NCBI RefSeq assembly: GCF_902713615.1
Contig: NW_024056036.1
Location: 1 to 64,000, forward strand
Direction: 5' to 3'
Length of the DNA stretch: 64,000 nt
DNA from: Scyliorhinus canicula
Lineage: Eukaryota
This document shows, piece after piece, positions 24,736 to 38,167 of the stretch. The first letter of the stretch is position 1. Each line of letters begins with the position of its first letter. A model generated the notes under the pieces. It saw only the letters and a program-made list of their open reading frames with translations. It was not told the DNA's origin and did not search any database. Made by a program: the position numbers and the translations under genes.

Positions 24736-26614
24736 CAAAACATCCCTACATTTATATTAGATTTCATTTGCAATAAACAATAATATTCCATTGACCTTCC
24801 TGATCACTTGCTGTACCTGCAGACTAACGTGAGATTGGGCACCCCGATCCCTCTGTACCTCAGAGTTCTGCAATCTCTCTCCATTTAAATAATATTGTTT
24901 TATTTAATACTTCCTGACAAAGTGGACAATTGGCATTTTCCCAAGTTTGCTCCATCTGTCAGATTTTTGCCCACTCACTTAACCTGTTTGTAGTCCTTTG
25001 CAGTCCTTAAATCCACTTCGCAAATTACTTTCCTGCCTGTCTTTGAGTCATCCGAAAATTTAGCCGCCAGACATTCAATCCCATCATCCAACACATTCAT
25101 ACAGATTGTAAATGGTTGGGAGCCCAGCACTGATCCTGGTGACATTCCACTTGTCACATCTTACCCACTCAGAAATGACCCATTTATACCTACTGGCTGC
25201 TTCCTGTTCGCTAACCAATCCTCAATTCATGCTGATACCTGTACCAGCCCGTACCAGCCTCCCCGAACAGGTGCCGGAATGTGGCGACTAGGGGCTTTTC
25301 ACAGTAACTTCATTGAAGCCTACTCGTGACAATAAGCAATTTTCATTTCATTTCCTTTTCGATATGTTACTCCCCACAAAAAGAGCTCTTATTTTGTGTA
25401 ATAACCTTTGATATGGCACCTTGGGAAATACCTTCTGGAAATCCAGATAAAGCACATCTACAGGTTCCCCTTTATTGACATCTGTTGTTACTTCCTCAGA
25501 GAACCTTGATAAATTAGTCAATCACGATTGAGTCTCTGAACTCCATTTTCAATCACTGTGTCAAAAGAAAAATCAAATCTCCTCTACCCCTCTGCCAATT
25601 ACCTCAGATGGACTCACTTTCTGTTAAAGAGCCTGTCAACCCCTCTCACCCACTTTCCCGAAAGTGAACATATTTAATCAGGAAAAGCCCAACAAATTCA
25701 AATATTTTCCTGTTCAAAATTTGACAAAACAGAACATGGTTAAAAAAACTAACAGAACATTTATTGAGGATCAAAGACAACCAGAGTGACAGAATGTTCA
25801 CAATGTCCTGGGTCCCAAATGGTTTCCCTTTGGCTCCTCTGTACTCTGTTCCCATGACTCCCCGCTTTGGACACGGGGCACTGAACCCTGGGGGTCACTT
25901 TATCGCCAGCCTCTGTCACCCCCCGACCCCGAAACCTGATTGGTTGGAGGTCCAGTTCCCAGTTTAGCACAAGGCTAAATCGCTGGCTTTGAAAGCAGAC
26001 CAAGGCAGGCCAGCAGCACGGTTCAATTCCAGTACCAGCCTCCCCGAACAGGCGCCGGGATGTGGCGACTCGGGGCTTTTCACAGTAACTTAATTTGAAG
26101 TCTACCTGTGACAATAAGCGATTTTCATTTCATTTCATTTCAGTCAGGCCTCCAACACCTTCCTGTCTCTATTAGCGACGCCCATGGCAGTTTCCCAACT
26201 GGGGAACAGGCTCCGTTATTCTCAGCTAAATTCAGCCCTCAGCTCCATCACCTGGCTGTCATTGACACGAGCAATAGAGACAGAAAGGTGCCCGAGGCTC
26301 AAATAGGGAGTCAAAACTTGTGGATTAGGATCTCCGTAAAGGTCAGCAACTTCATAGAAAATATCAAATTCCCAGTCAACAAATTAAAAGGATCAGACGG
26401 CAGGACTTCAAGTTTTATGACTTTTAATGCAACAAACAAACCAGAAGCTACTTTAACTTGGAAAACTACACAGTAAACTACAAACTAGAACTTTGCCCTG
26501 TTAAATAACCTGGAATCACACTCCACGGTTATAGTTACTCTGTCCTGGAAGTCGAAACTGAATTGTCTCAGAACCTGTCCAAAGTGATGATTCATTCCCG
26601 AGGAAAGAACTGCT

Positions 26615-27605
26615 GTTCGTAGTATATATAAATGATTTGGAGGAAAATGTAACTGGTCTGATTAGTAAGTTTGCAGACGACACAAAGGTTGGTGGAATTG
26701 CGGATAGCGATGAGGACTGTCAGAGGATACAGCAGGATTTAGATCATTTGGAGACTTGGGCGGAGAGATGGCAGATGGAGTTTAATCCGGACAAATGTGA
26801 GGTAATGCATTTTGGAAGGTCTAATGCAGGTAGGGAATATACAGTGAATGGTAGAACCCTCAAGAGTATTGAAAGTCAGAGAGATCTAGGTGTACAGGTA
26901 CACAGGTCACTGAAAGGGGCAACACAGGTGGAGAAGGTAGTCAAGAAGTATGCTTGCTTCATGGAATGAAGGCATGATTGCCTTCATTGGCCGGTGCACT
27001 GAGTATAAGAATTGGCAAGTCATGTTGCAGCTGTATAGAACCTTAGTTCGGCCACACTTGGAGTATGGTGTTCAATTCTGGTCGCCACACTACCAGAAGG
27101 ATGTGGAGGCTTTAGAGAGGGTGCAGAAGAGATTTACCAGGATGTTGCCTGGTATGGAGGGCATTAGCTATGAGTAGCGGTTGAATAAACTTGGTTTGTT
27201 ATCACTGGAATGACGGAGGTTGAGTGTCGACCTGATAGAGGTCTACAAAGTTATTAGTGGCATAGACAGAGTGGATAGTCAGACGTTTTACTCCAGGGTA
27301 GAGGGTTCAATTACTGGGGGGCATAGATCTAAGGTGTGAGGGGCAAGGTTTAGAGGAGATGTAGGAGGCAAGTTCTTTCCCCACAGAGGGTATTGGGTGC
27401 CTGGAACTCGCTGCCGGAGGAGTTGGTGGAAGCAGGGATGATAGTGACGTTTAAGGGGCATCTTGACAAATACATGAATAGGATGGGAATAGAGGGATAC
27501 GGACCCAGGAAGTGCAGAAGATTGCAGTTTAGTCGGGCAGCATGGTCGGCACGGGCTTGGAGGGCCGAAGGGCCTGTTCCTGTGCTGTACTTTTCTTTGT
27601 TCTTT
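26615..27605 (+). mobile_element. CR1 (HER1-like) LINE, 5'-truncated
   Basis: SKFADDTKVGG, WQMEFNPDKCEVMHFG and RPHLEYGVQFWSP motifs; 3' tail GGGCCGAAGGGCCTGTTCCTGTGCTGTAC. Confidence 0.92.
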
Positions 27606-28319
27606 GATTTACTTCAGTTCTTCAACCAACACACCGAAGAAAAAAAGGGAGAATAGAATAGAATGTGAACTAGCAAAATACATAAAAATGGACAGTAAAA
27701 GTTTCTGTGGCTACGTAAAAAGGAAATGTTTGGCTCAAAGCTTTGTCCATTCCAGATAGAGTCAGGAGAATTTAGAATGAGGAATGGAGATCTCTACAGC
27801 CACCTCGTTCAACTCTGGGATGTGGATCACCAGCTTTTGGGGATTTATTCACTTTCAGCCCCATTAATTTCTCCAGGTCGACTTTTTCACCAATACTAAT
27901 CTCTGCGAGTCCCTTGGTTCTCTGTTGTTTTGGGGACAATTTCTGTATCTTCCTCTGTGAAGACAGACTCACTTTGTTTAGTTTCTCTGCCATTTCCTTA
28001 CTCCCCATTATAAACTCTCCTGTCTCTGCCTGGAATGGACCCACATTGGTCTTTGCTAATCTTTTCCTTTTCACATTCCTGTCAAAGCTTTTCCAGTCGG
28101 TTTTTATGTTTCTCACCAGTTTGCTCTCATCAGTTTCTTGGTCCTCCTTTGCTGAATTCCAATGGATCTTGTGGAATCTTTAACTTTTCTTGTGAGCCAA
28201 GGTTACATTACTTTTCCTGTTGGATTTCTGTTCCCTAAAGGAATCGGTATTTGTTGTATATATGTGAAATTAAAGTCACAAAAATCCCAGAGGACCATAG
28301 GCTTCTCTCCTCTTTGACA

Positions 28320-29545
28320 TGATGTGGAGATGCCAGCATTGGACTGGGGTGAGCACAGTAAGAAGTCTTACAACACCAGGTTAAAGTCCAACAGGTTTGT
28401 TTCAAACACAAGCTTTTGGAGCGCAGCTCCTTCCTCTGGTGAATGGAGAGGTATGTTCCAGAAACATTTATATAGACAAAGTCAGAGATGCTGGACAATG
28501 CTTGGAATGCGAGCATTTGCAGGTAATCAAATCATGACAGATCCAGGGAGAGGGATAATCACAGGTTAAAGAGGTGTGAATTGACTCAAGCCAGAACAGT
28601 TGGTAGGATTTTGCAAGTCCAGGCCAGATGGTGGGGGGTGGATGTAATGCAACATGAATCCAAGATCCGGTTGAGGCCGCACTCATGCGTGCAGAACTTA
28701 GCTATAAGTTTTTGCTCGGTAATTCTGCGTTGTCGCGTGTCCTGAAGACCACCTTGGAGAATGCTTACCCGGAGATCAGAGGCTGAATGCCCTTGACTGC
28801 TGAAGTGTTCCCCGACTGGAAGGGAACATTCCTGCCTGGTGATTGTCGCATGATGCCCGTTCATTCGTTGTCGCAGTGTCTGCATGGTCTTACCAATGTA
28901 CCACGCTTCGGGACATCCTTTCCTGGAGCGTAAGAGGTAGACTACATTGGTCGAGTCGCACGAGTATGTGCCGCGTACCAGGTGGGTGGTGTTACCACGT
29001 GCAATGGTGGTATCCGAGTCGATGATCTGGCATGTCTTGCAGAGATTGCCCTGGCAGGGTTGTGTGGAGTCGTGGTCACTGTTCTGAAGGCTGGGTAATT
29101 TGCTGCAAACAATGGTTTGTTTGAGGTTGTGCGGTTGTTTGAAGGCCAGTAGTGGGTGTGTGGGGATGCCCTTGGCAAGATGTTCATCTTCATTGATGAT
29201 GTGTTGAAGGCTGCGAAGAAGATGTCGTAGTTTCTCCGCCCCAGGAAAGTACTGGACGATGAAGGGTACTCTGTCAGTGGTGTCCCGTGTTTGTCGTCTG
29301 AGGAGGTCGGTGCGGTTTTTTGCTGTGGCGCTTTGGAACTGTCAATCGATGAGTCGAGCGCCATATCCCGTTCGTACGAGAGCATCTGTAGGTGTCTGTT
29401 ACGCTCCTCCTCGTCTGAGCAGATCCTGTGTATACGGAGGGCTTGTCCATAGGGGATGGCTTCTTTAATGTGTTTCGGGTGAAAGCTGGAGAAGTGGAGC
29501 ATCGTGAGGTTGTCTGTGGGCTTGCTGTAAAGCGAAGTGCTAAGG
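28320..29545 (-). mobile_element. Penelope-like element family 1: RT C-terminus, GIY-YIG endonuclease, 3' terminal repeat
   Basis: HPKHIKEAIPYGQALRIHRICSD and QTLRQRMNGH..LPVGEHFS..EQKLIAKF..GLN. The terminus is identical in type to the fold-back elements. Confidence 0.88.
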
Positions 29546-29549
29546 TTGA

Positions 29550-29730
29550 CAGAGAGAGAGCTGACTGGAGGTGATTTAACCCGAGGGTCAGCACACCTCA
29601 GGCGAGGGGCCTGGTTGAGAAGGTCGGGCCCTCATGAATAAACTCAGCCAGTACGGGAGTTGAATCCTCACTGTTGGCCTTGATCTGCATCACAAACAGT
29701 CATCCAGCCAACTGAGCTAACCGACCCCCT
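29550..29730 (-). mobile_element. tRNA-derived SINE of a second family
   Basis: The minus strand starts GGGGTCGGTTAGCTCAGTTGG (A-box) and has a GGATTCAACTCCC B-box-like motif. Confidence 0.6.
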
Positions 29731-30193
29731 GATAAATATGTAATTATTCCTTGAATATTAGGTATTCCCTGTACCAATCAGTTTCCCAATTCACCTCAGA
29801 CAACTTGCCCCTCATACCCGGACAGTTTTCTTCTGTGAGGAACACCCAGATAAATTAAAGAAAAGAACCAGGTAACCACCAGGGCCCATCTCCATGGCAA
29901 CATGGCTTTGGGGGGTGTTCCAAACAGAAATAGGAACTAAATATCTTCAAACTTCCAAACACCCTTTCACTCGGAGATCCTTGTGCAATTTGAAGCCAGG
30001 TATTAGCAACAAAGCTCAAAGAGCATCAGCCCACTGGAGGCAAAGCGGGGAGACCGGCCAGTCCAGCAGAAAGAAACCCTCCGACCATCCCCATTGACCA
30101 CCTGTCAGAATGAACAAAATGCAGTCCTGGCTGCAGAGCAGAAACAATAACAGCAGAATCCAACCCCTGTAATCAATTGTGAAATTGTTGGTG

Positions 30194-31348
30194 TCACAGC
30201 AGGAGCGGTGCAACATGCAATCCCATCTCACATTGTGGGGTGGACAGCGTCTCCCCAGTGTGAACTCGCTGGTGTGTCCGCAGGTGAGATAACTGAGTAA
30301 ATCCTTTCCCACACTGAGAGCAGGTGAATGGCCTCTCCCCAGTGTGAACTCGCTGGTGTGTCTTCAGGGTGGATAACTGAGTGAATCCCTTCCCACACTG
30401 AGAGCAGGTGAATGGCCTTTCCCCAGTGTGAACTCGCTGGTGTGTCCGCAGGTCGGATAACTGAGTGAATCCCTTCCCACACTGAGAACAGGTGAATGGC
30501 CTCTCCCCTGTGTGAACTCGCTGGTGTGTCTGCAGGTGAGATAACTGAGTGAATCCCTTCCCACACTGAGAGCAGGTGAATGGCCTCTCCCCAGTGTGGA
30601 CCCGCTGGTGTCTCCGCAGGTGAGATAACCGAGTGAGTCCCTTCCCACACTGAGAGCAGGTGAACCGTGTTTCCCCAGTGTGAATTCGCTGGTGTGTCTT
30701 CAGGGTGGATAACTGAGTGAATCCCTTCCCACACTGAGAGCAGGTGAATGGCCTCTCCCCAGTGTGAATTCTCTGGTGTGTCTGCAGGCCGGATGGCTGA
30801 GTGAATCCCTTCCCACACAGAGAGCAGGTGAATGGCCTCTCCACAGCGTGAATTCGCTGGTGCGTCTGCAGGCCGGATGGCTGAGTGAATCCCTTCCCAC
30901 ACTGAGAGCAGGTGAATGGCTTCTCCCCAGTGTGAATTCGCTGGTGTGTCTTCAGGGTGGATAACTCAGTAAATCCTTTCCCACACTGAGAGCAGGTGAA
31001 TGGCCTCACTCCAGCGTGAACTCGCTGGTGAATGCGCAGGTGCGTTATCTGAGTGAATCCCTTCCCACACGGAGAGCAGGTGAATGGCCTCTCCCCAGTG
31101 TGAACTCGCTGGTGCCTCAATAGGTGGGACGAATCACAGAATCCCTTCCCACATTGAGAGCAGATGAATGGTTTCTCCCCAGTGTGAACTCGTTGGTGTG
31201 CCTGAAGGTTAGATAATTGACTGAATCTCTTCCCACACTGAGAGCAGGTGAACGGCCTCTCCCCAGTGTGACTGCGTCGATGAATCTCCAGCTCAGATGG
31301 GGCTCTGAATCCCTTCCCACAGTCCCTACATTTCCACTGTTTCTCCAT
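30194..31348 (-). CDS. C2H2 zinc-finger protein, 13 tandem fingers, 384 aa from ATG (MEKQWKC)
   Basis: Intact ORF. The upstream part of the same exon (acceptor TTTTTACAG, exon start 32047) holds decayed fingers, a TGA at 31385-31387 and a SINE at 31495-31750. Confidence 0.8.
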   Translation of the reverse strand: MEKQWKCRDCGKGFRAPSELEIHRRSHTGERPFTCSQCGKRFSQLSNLQAHQRVHTGEKPFICSQCGKGFCDSSHLLRHQRVHTGERPFTCSPCGKGFTQITHLRIHQRVHAGVRPFTCSQCGKGFTELSTLKTHQRIHTGEKPFTCSQCGKGFTQPSGLQTHQRIHAVERPFTCSLCGKGFTQPSGLQTHQRIHTGERPFTCSQCGKGFTQLSTLKTHQRIHTGETRFTCSQCGKGLTRLSHLRRHQRVHTGERPFTCSQCGKGFTQLSHLQTHQRVHTGERPFTCSQCGKGFTQLSDLRTHQRVHTGERPFTCSQCGKGFTQLSTLKTHQRVHTGERPFTCSQCGKGFTQLSHLRTHQRVHTGETLSTPQCEMGLHVAPLLL

Positions 31349-32879
31349 GTTGTGGGTCTCCGCGTGTCTCTCCAAGTTGGATGATCAATTGAAGCCTCTT
31401 CCACAGACAGAACACGTCTCTCCCTGGTGTGAATGTTATGTTTATTCAGGCTGTGTAACTGGTTAAAACTCTTTCCATAGTAAGTTCACTGATACTGGCT
31501 GTGCAGAGTCTGCGCGTTCTCCCCGTGTCTGCGTCAGTTTCCTCCGGGCGCTCCGGTTTCCTTCCACAGTCCAAAGATGTGCAGGTTAGGAGGATTGACC
31601 ATGCTAAATTGCCCTTTGTGTCGAAATAGGTTGGGAGGGGTTATTGGGTTACGGTGATAGGGTGGAGGTGTGGGCTTCGGCAGGCTGATCTTTCCAAGGG
31701 ATGGTGCAGACTCAATGGTCCAAACGGCCTCCTTCTGCACTGTAAATTCTGGGAGTCTATGAACTCTCTCACTCGGGTGTGTGTTGTGTGGGTCTCGGTG
31801 CTTTTCCAGTCACACTGATGTTTCCACAGTCAGTTCACTGGAACACTCTCACTTGGGTGTGTGTTGTGTGGGTCTCGGTGCTTTTCCATCCACACTGATG
31901 TTTGAAATCTTTAGGTGACAGTTCGGGCAAACATTTCTCCTTCTGGATTGAAAGGCCGATGATATTCAGTTCCAAGGAATCGAGTGACTGTCAGATCGAG
32001 ACGAGACCTTTGAGATTTCTATCTGTAATTCCTCCTCGTCTAATATCCTGTAAAAACAATTTACAAAATTCATCATTGCCAGCACAGGGCAGAAACTTAG
32101 AACAGACAATTCTTGTTTCTATGTCACATTTTTTCCTCTCTCTTATTCCCCGAAAGCTGTAAATCTCCATCCCACACACTCTCCCTCCATTCTCACTCTG
32201 CTGTATCTAATATTCACCCTCCCTATTCTCCTGAAGGTGCTGATTCAGGCTGATTGACAGATCCAAGCTCACAGCTTCCTGTCCAGGAGATCATAATAAA
32301 TACTAGCTGCAGTCGGCCATTCGGCTCATCGATCCGGAACCATTCAATGGGATCATTGGCCGATCTACCTCAGCACCGTTTTCCCACACTATCCCCCATA
32401 TCCCTCGACATCTTCAATATCTAGAAACCTATTAGTCTGTGTCTTGAACATATTTGGTGACTGAAGTTCCAGAATTCAAAAGCTTCACCACATCCTCGAG
32501 TAAAGATCCCTCCTCAGCTCAGCTTTCTCTCCATTTTCCTGCCAGTTCCCCATAACCCTCGACACTTATTGAAATGCATTCATTCTTTTGTCACCTCAAA
32601 CCTTAGCTACACAATGTTCCCCTTGCCGGCCTCTCAGATTCAACTCCACACAAGGTCATGTCAAAATCTGCTGCCTGTGGGCGTATTCACACTAATACCT
32701 GTTCACCCAACACCAGGAGTAACCAAATCCACTGGAGAAAAGGGGACATCTTGGGGTGGGAGGTGTTGATGTGGGAATGGAAAAAACCTGTTGAGACTGA
32801 AGATTGTGGAAATTGGAGACATGTGGGAGTATCAGGGGTATCAAGTGCACATAATTTACATGGTGGAGGAGGAGGCCCA

Positions 32880-33410
32880 AGAGTTGTCCTGCATCACAGC
32901 TTGGTCTGGCAACTGCTCGGTCCAGGTCACAAAAAACTGCAGCGTTTGATGAACTCAGCCCAATGCATCACACAAGCTTGCCACCCCCACACTGATTCTG
33001 TCTACACCTCCCGCTGCCTCAGGAAGGCAGACAGCATTATCAGAGACCCATCCCACCCAGGCATTGCCTTCTTCCAGATCCTTCCATCAGACAGAAGTTT
33101 GAAGACCCGCACATCCAGACATAGGAGCAGCTTCTTCCCCACAGGTACAAGACTCCTCAACGACACCCTTCAGAGTGATCTGTTCCCTGTGAGAACACTA
33201 TTCACGACGCCCTATGCTGCTTTTGCTCATGTATTTGCTTTGTTTGCCCCCTTGTTCCACACTGTAACTAATCACTGTTTGTCGATGTACAATTTGTGAA
33301 TCTTCTCTGTTGATTATTCTTTTGTCTACTATGTATGTACTGTGTACGTTCCCTCGGTCGCAGAAAAATACTTTTCACTTTGGTACATGTGACAATAAAT
33401 CAAATCAAAA
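32880..33410 (+). mobile_element. Rex1/Babar-type LINE 3' end
   Basis: IIRDPSHPGIAFFQILPS..RTSRHRSSFFP..LLN motif; GACAATAAATCAAATCAAA tail. Confidence 0.8.
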
Positions 33411-33989
33411 ATATGCCCTTGTAACATTCCATATATAAAATATTTGACTTACACTCTGCCTGTTCTCCCCACCAACAGTATGCACACAGCTCCCTTGGAT
33501 CTTAGGCTGCTCCCAGACACTCCATGCTGGTCCCCAACATATAATGTCAATATCCCCTCCCCTCACAGTCAGAAGCATATTGCCCTCACCATCATTCCCA
33601 CTCAGGTCACTCTCATCAAACTTCCTCCCCAACTCAGTCAGAAGCCCTTCACTCAACTCCACCCCCTCCCCATCTCACTCAGGTTCCTCTCTTCAGACCT
33701 CCTTCCCCACTCACTCCAACTACCCCTGCTCACTAACAATCTACTTTCCCCAACCTCCCCTCTGCATACTCAGTCCCTGCGGCTGTGATCATTTAGATCC
33801 GAAACATTAATTGTTTCTCTCCTCAGAAGCTGAAAGACCCGCTCATTCATCCACATTTTATGTCTTTCCGATTTCCAGCATCCGCAGTATTTTGCTCTAA
33901 TTTGAACCTTCAGACCTCCTCCCACCCAGTCAGCTCAGTGGAATTTCCTCCAGCTGTTTTGTTTGGAGTGTTGTCACCATCCGGGTCAC

Positions 33990-34400
33990 TAGGACCCTGA
34001 GGCCCCGCCCACTAGTCCGCCCAAATCCGCGCATGCGCTCCGCTGCCCGCAGAAACAAGATGGCGGCCATTAACTCGGGCCTGTTCCCGGGAAAAAGCCC
34101 TGGAGCATAAAGCAGGAGACCGGCAGGCTCCTGTCGGGGCTTGCAGCCTGCACCAGGTGTTTATGAAGTCTCCGCTCCTTCCCCAACCGAACACCCGACT
34201 CCATTCCTCCCTCCGCCCCAGCGACCCTCACCTGTCAACCTGACAAAAAAAGCCTCTCCCGCACTTGCAGGGCTCGGAGTAAAGTGACACTGCGCATGCT
34301 CCAGATACAGCATTGCGCCTGCGTACTGGGCTCCTGTGGAGTGATCAGGGCAGATTCACAAACGCTGGGTATGTTGGGTAATAACAGCATCATTGAAACT
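33990..34400. promoter_or_regulatory. CpG-rich promoter-like module
   Basis: GCGCATGCGC (NRF1) at ~34029, CAAGATGGCGGCC (YY1) at ~34057 and a GC box CCCCGCCC. Confidence 0.6.
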
Positions 34401-34519
34401 CCGAATAGGTAGTCGAAGATATATTTTGTTGCCTCGTTTAAATAAAACGCAAATTCGTGCAAATGGGTGTTGTGATATGTTCTATTTCCCAAAGTGATTT
34501 AAATGGCTGTTCTAAACAA

Positions 34520-36500
34520 AAGCAAATTGCTGCAATCTGAAACTAAAAGAGAAAATGTTGGAAAATCTCAGCAGGTCTGGCAGCATCTGTAAGGAGAAAA
34601 AAGAGCCCAGATACCTCTTTGTCAAAGCTTACAGCCGTTGAAAGTGGGAGATACTTATACTGTAGGGTGAGAGAATGAAAGATGAGTCATAGCCACAGAA
34701 ACCAAGGGAAAAGAGAGCTAAACACAGCTCCAGGGTCCCAGGTTCGATTCCCGGCTGGGTCACTGTCTGTGTGGAGTCTGCACGTCCTCCCCCTGTGTGC
34801 GTGGGTTTCCTCCGGGTGCTCCGGTTTCCTCGCACAGTCCAAATATGTGCGGGTTAGGTGGATTGGCCATGCTAAATTGCCCGTAGTGTCCTAATAAAAG
34901 TAAGGTTAAGGGGGGGGGGGGGTTGTTGGGTTACGGGTATAGGGTGGATACGTGGGTTTGAGTAGGGTGATCATGGCTCGGCACAACATTGAGGGCCGAA
35001 GGTCCTGTTCTGTGCTGTACTGTTCTATGTTCTATGTTCTAAAATGTGCAGGTCAGGTGGATTGGTTATGCTAAATTACCCCTTGGTGTCCAAAAGGTTA
35101 GTCGGGTTTATTGTCACGTGTACCAAGGTACAGTGAAAAGTATTTTTCTGCGAGCAGCTCAACAGATCATTAAGTACATGAAAAGAAAAGGAAATAAAAG
35201 AAAATACATAATACGGTAACATAAGGTACACAATGTAACTACATAAACACCGGCATCAGATGAAGCATACAGGGGTGTAGTGTTACTGAGGTCAGTCCAT
35301 AAGAGGGTCGTTTAGGAGTCTGGTAACAGCGGGAAAGGGGGGATCAGATAGTGGGACAGAGTGGGGGGAAATATATGTAAAGAAAGACAAATAAATAAAA
35401 GGTAAAAGACAGTTCAAATGAAATGGAATGAAAATAAAGGGGTCAAGGTGGGCTCGAGCTAATCATCTGAAGTTGTTGAATTCAATGTTGAGACCGGAAG
35501 GCTGTAGCATGCCCAACTGGAAGATGAGATGCTGTTCCTCCAGTTTGCTTTGAGCTTCGCTGGAACATTGCAGCAGGCCAAGGACAGGCATGTGGGCATG
35601 GGAACACGGTCTTGTGTTAAAATGGCAATCAACGGAAAGGTCAGGGACTTGAATGCGCACAGAGTGAAGATCTACGTTTGGTCTCTCTGACACAGAGGAG
35701 ACCACATTGGAAGCAGTGAATGCAATAGACCAAATTGAAAGAGGTGCATGTGAAACGCTGCTTAAACCTGGAATTAATGTTTTGGGCCTGGGATGTTAAG
35801 CATGGAAGAGGTAAAAGGGCAGGTGTTGCACCTTCTGCGATTGCATGGGAAGGTGCCATAGGTGATGGGAGAGGTGGGTATTGTGGAGGAGTGGACTAGA
35901 TTATCTTGGAGGGAACGGTCTTTGTGGAATGCTGACAGAGGGAGTGATGGGAAGATGTGTTTGGTGGTGACATCATGTTGAAGTTGGCGAAAATGGCAGA
36001 GGATTATGCTTTGTATACGGAGGGTGGTGGGGTGAAATGTGAGAATGAGGGGGATTCTATCCTTGTTCTTGGAGGGAGGGGACGGGGCGAGGGTAGTGGT
36101 GTGGGAGATGGACCGTGCACTGTTGAGGGCCCTGACTACAGCTGTAGGTGATGAATCATGGTTGAGGAAGAAGGAACACATTTGAAGCACCACTTTGGTA
36201 AGTGGCATCATCGGAACAAATGCGACAGAGGCGGAGGAGCTGAGAGAAAGGGAGGGAGTCCTTACAGGGTGTAGGGTGCGAAGATAGCTGTGGGAGTCAG
36301 TGGGATTGTAATAGATATTAGTAGATAGTCTATTGCCAGAAATGGAGCTAGCAAGGTCAAGGAAGGGAAGGGAGGGGAGGAGTCTAAGATGGACCAGTTG
36401 AAAGTGATGAAGCGGTGGAAACTGGAAGCAAAGTTGATGAACTTTTCCAGTTCTGGACGACAGCATAAATCAGCACCAAAATAGTCATCAATGTACCGGT
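34520..36500 (-). mobile_element. Penelope-like element family 2, interrupted by an HE1 SINE (34730-35040) and a Rex fragment (35100-35335)
   Basis: STNIYYNPTDSHSYL, LVYCIHCFQCGLL and EQHLIFQLGMLQPSGLNIEF (GIY-YIG region) motifs. Confidence 0.8.
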
Positions 36501-37303
36501 AAAGGGGTTATGGGAGGGGACCCGGGTAGGCCTGGAATAAGGAATGTTCCACATACCCCAATGCGCCAACCTGCCGCCCCGGAATTCAATTTAATAATAA
36601 TCTTTATTATTGTCATAAGTAGGCTAACGTCAACACTGCAATGAAGTGACTGTGAAAATCCCCTAGTCGCCACATTCTGGTGCCTGTTCAGGTACACAGA
36701 TGGAGAGTTCAGAATGTCCAATGCACCTCACAAGAATGTCTTTCAGGAATTATGGGAGGAAACTGGAGCACCTGGAGGAAACCCAGACAGCTACAGAGAG
36801 AATATGCAGACTCCGCACAGACCAGTGACCGAAGCTGGGAATCGAACCTGGGACCCTGGCGCTGTAATCAGTGTTAACTGCTGTGCTGCAAACATTGAGA
36901 GATAATGAATTTCAGAATGAAAACATGGCAAGGGAATGAACTATAAATAGAATTATACTGAGAACATAGAGCAACAGAGAGGCATTGGAGTCCCTATCCA
37001 CAGGTAGCTGGATAGATTGATCAGGCAGCCAAGAATCCTTTCTTGGATGAGGCCTGGAATATAAGAGCAAGGAGATTATGCGAGAAGCATTCTGGTCACT
37101 GCATTAATGTACTGAGTCATGATTCATTAATTAGTATAAACCTGAATCAATTTGATTATTTATATAATTGCAGTTAGTGTTCTGTTGATCAAATCAAGAG
37201 GATAAAGTTGGAATGAGCTGATTGGTGAGTGGCTGATGAATCTTTATTTATTTTAACCTCCAATTTATTGTTGCTTCAGTCAGTTAATAATGGAATAAAT
37301 AAA

Positions 37304-38167
37304 GGCAATGACAGGCCATCCCAGTCCTGTGGCAATGACAGGGCATCCCAGTCCTGTGGCAATGACAGGGCATCCCAGTCCTGTGGCAATGACAGGCCAT
37401 CCCAGTCCTGTGGCAATGACAGGGCATCCCAGTCCTGTGGCAATGACAGGGCATCCCAGTCCTGTGGCAATGACAGGGCATCCCAGTCCTGTGGCAATGA
37501 CAGGCCATCCCAGTCCTGTGGCAATGACAGGGCATCTCAGTTCTGTGGCAATGACAGGGCATCCCAGTCCTGTGGCAATGACAGGGCATCCCAGTCCTGT
37601 GGCAATGACAGGGCATCCCAGTCCTGTGGCAATGACAGGCCATCCCAGTCCTGTGGCAATGACAGGGCATCCCAGTCCCTTGGCAATGACAGGGCCTCCC
37701 AGTCCCTTGGCAATGACAGGCCATCCCAGTCCTGTGGCAATGACAGGGCATCCCAGTCCTGTGGCAATGACAGGCCATCCCAGTCCCTTGGCAATGACAG
37801 GCCATCCCAGTCCTGTGGCAATGACAGGGCATCCCAGTCCTGTGGCAATGACAGGCCATCCCAGTCCTGTGGCAATGACAGGGCATCCCAGTCCCTTGGC
37901 AATGACAGGGCCTCCCAGTCCCTTGGCAATGACAGGCCATCCCAGTCCTGTGGCAATGACAGGGCATCCCAGTCCTGTGGCAATGACAGGGCATCCCAGT
38001 CCTGTGGCAATGACAGGCCATCCCAGTCCTGTGGCAATGACAGGGCATCCCAGTCCTGTGGCAATGACAGGGCATCCCAGTCCCTTGGCAATGACAGGGC
38101 ATCCCAGTCCTGTGGCAATGACAGGCCATCCCAGTCCTGTGGCAATGACAGGGCATCCCAGTCCTGT
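37304..38167. repeat. 27-bp minisatellite, 32 copies
   Basis: Unit GGCAATGACAGG(G/C)CATCCCAGTCC(TG/CT)T; 864 bp = 32 x 27. Confidence 0.97.
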
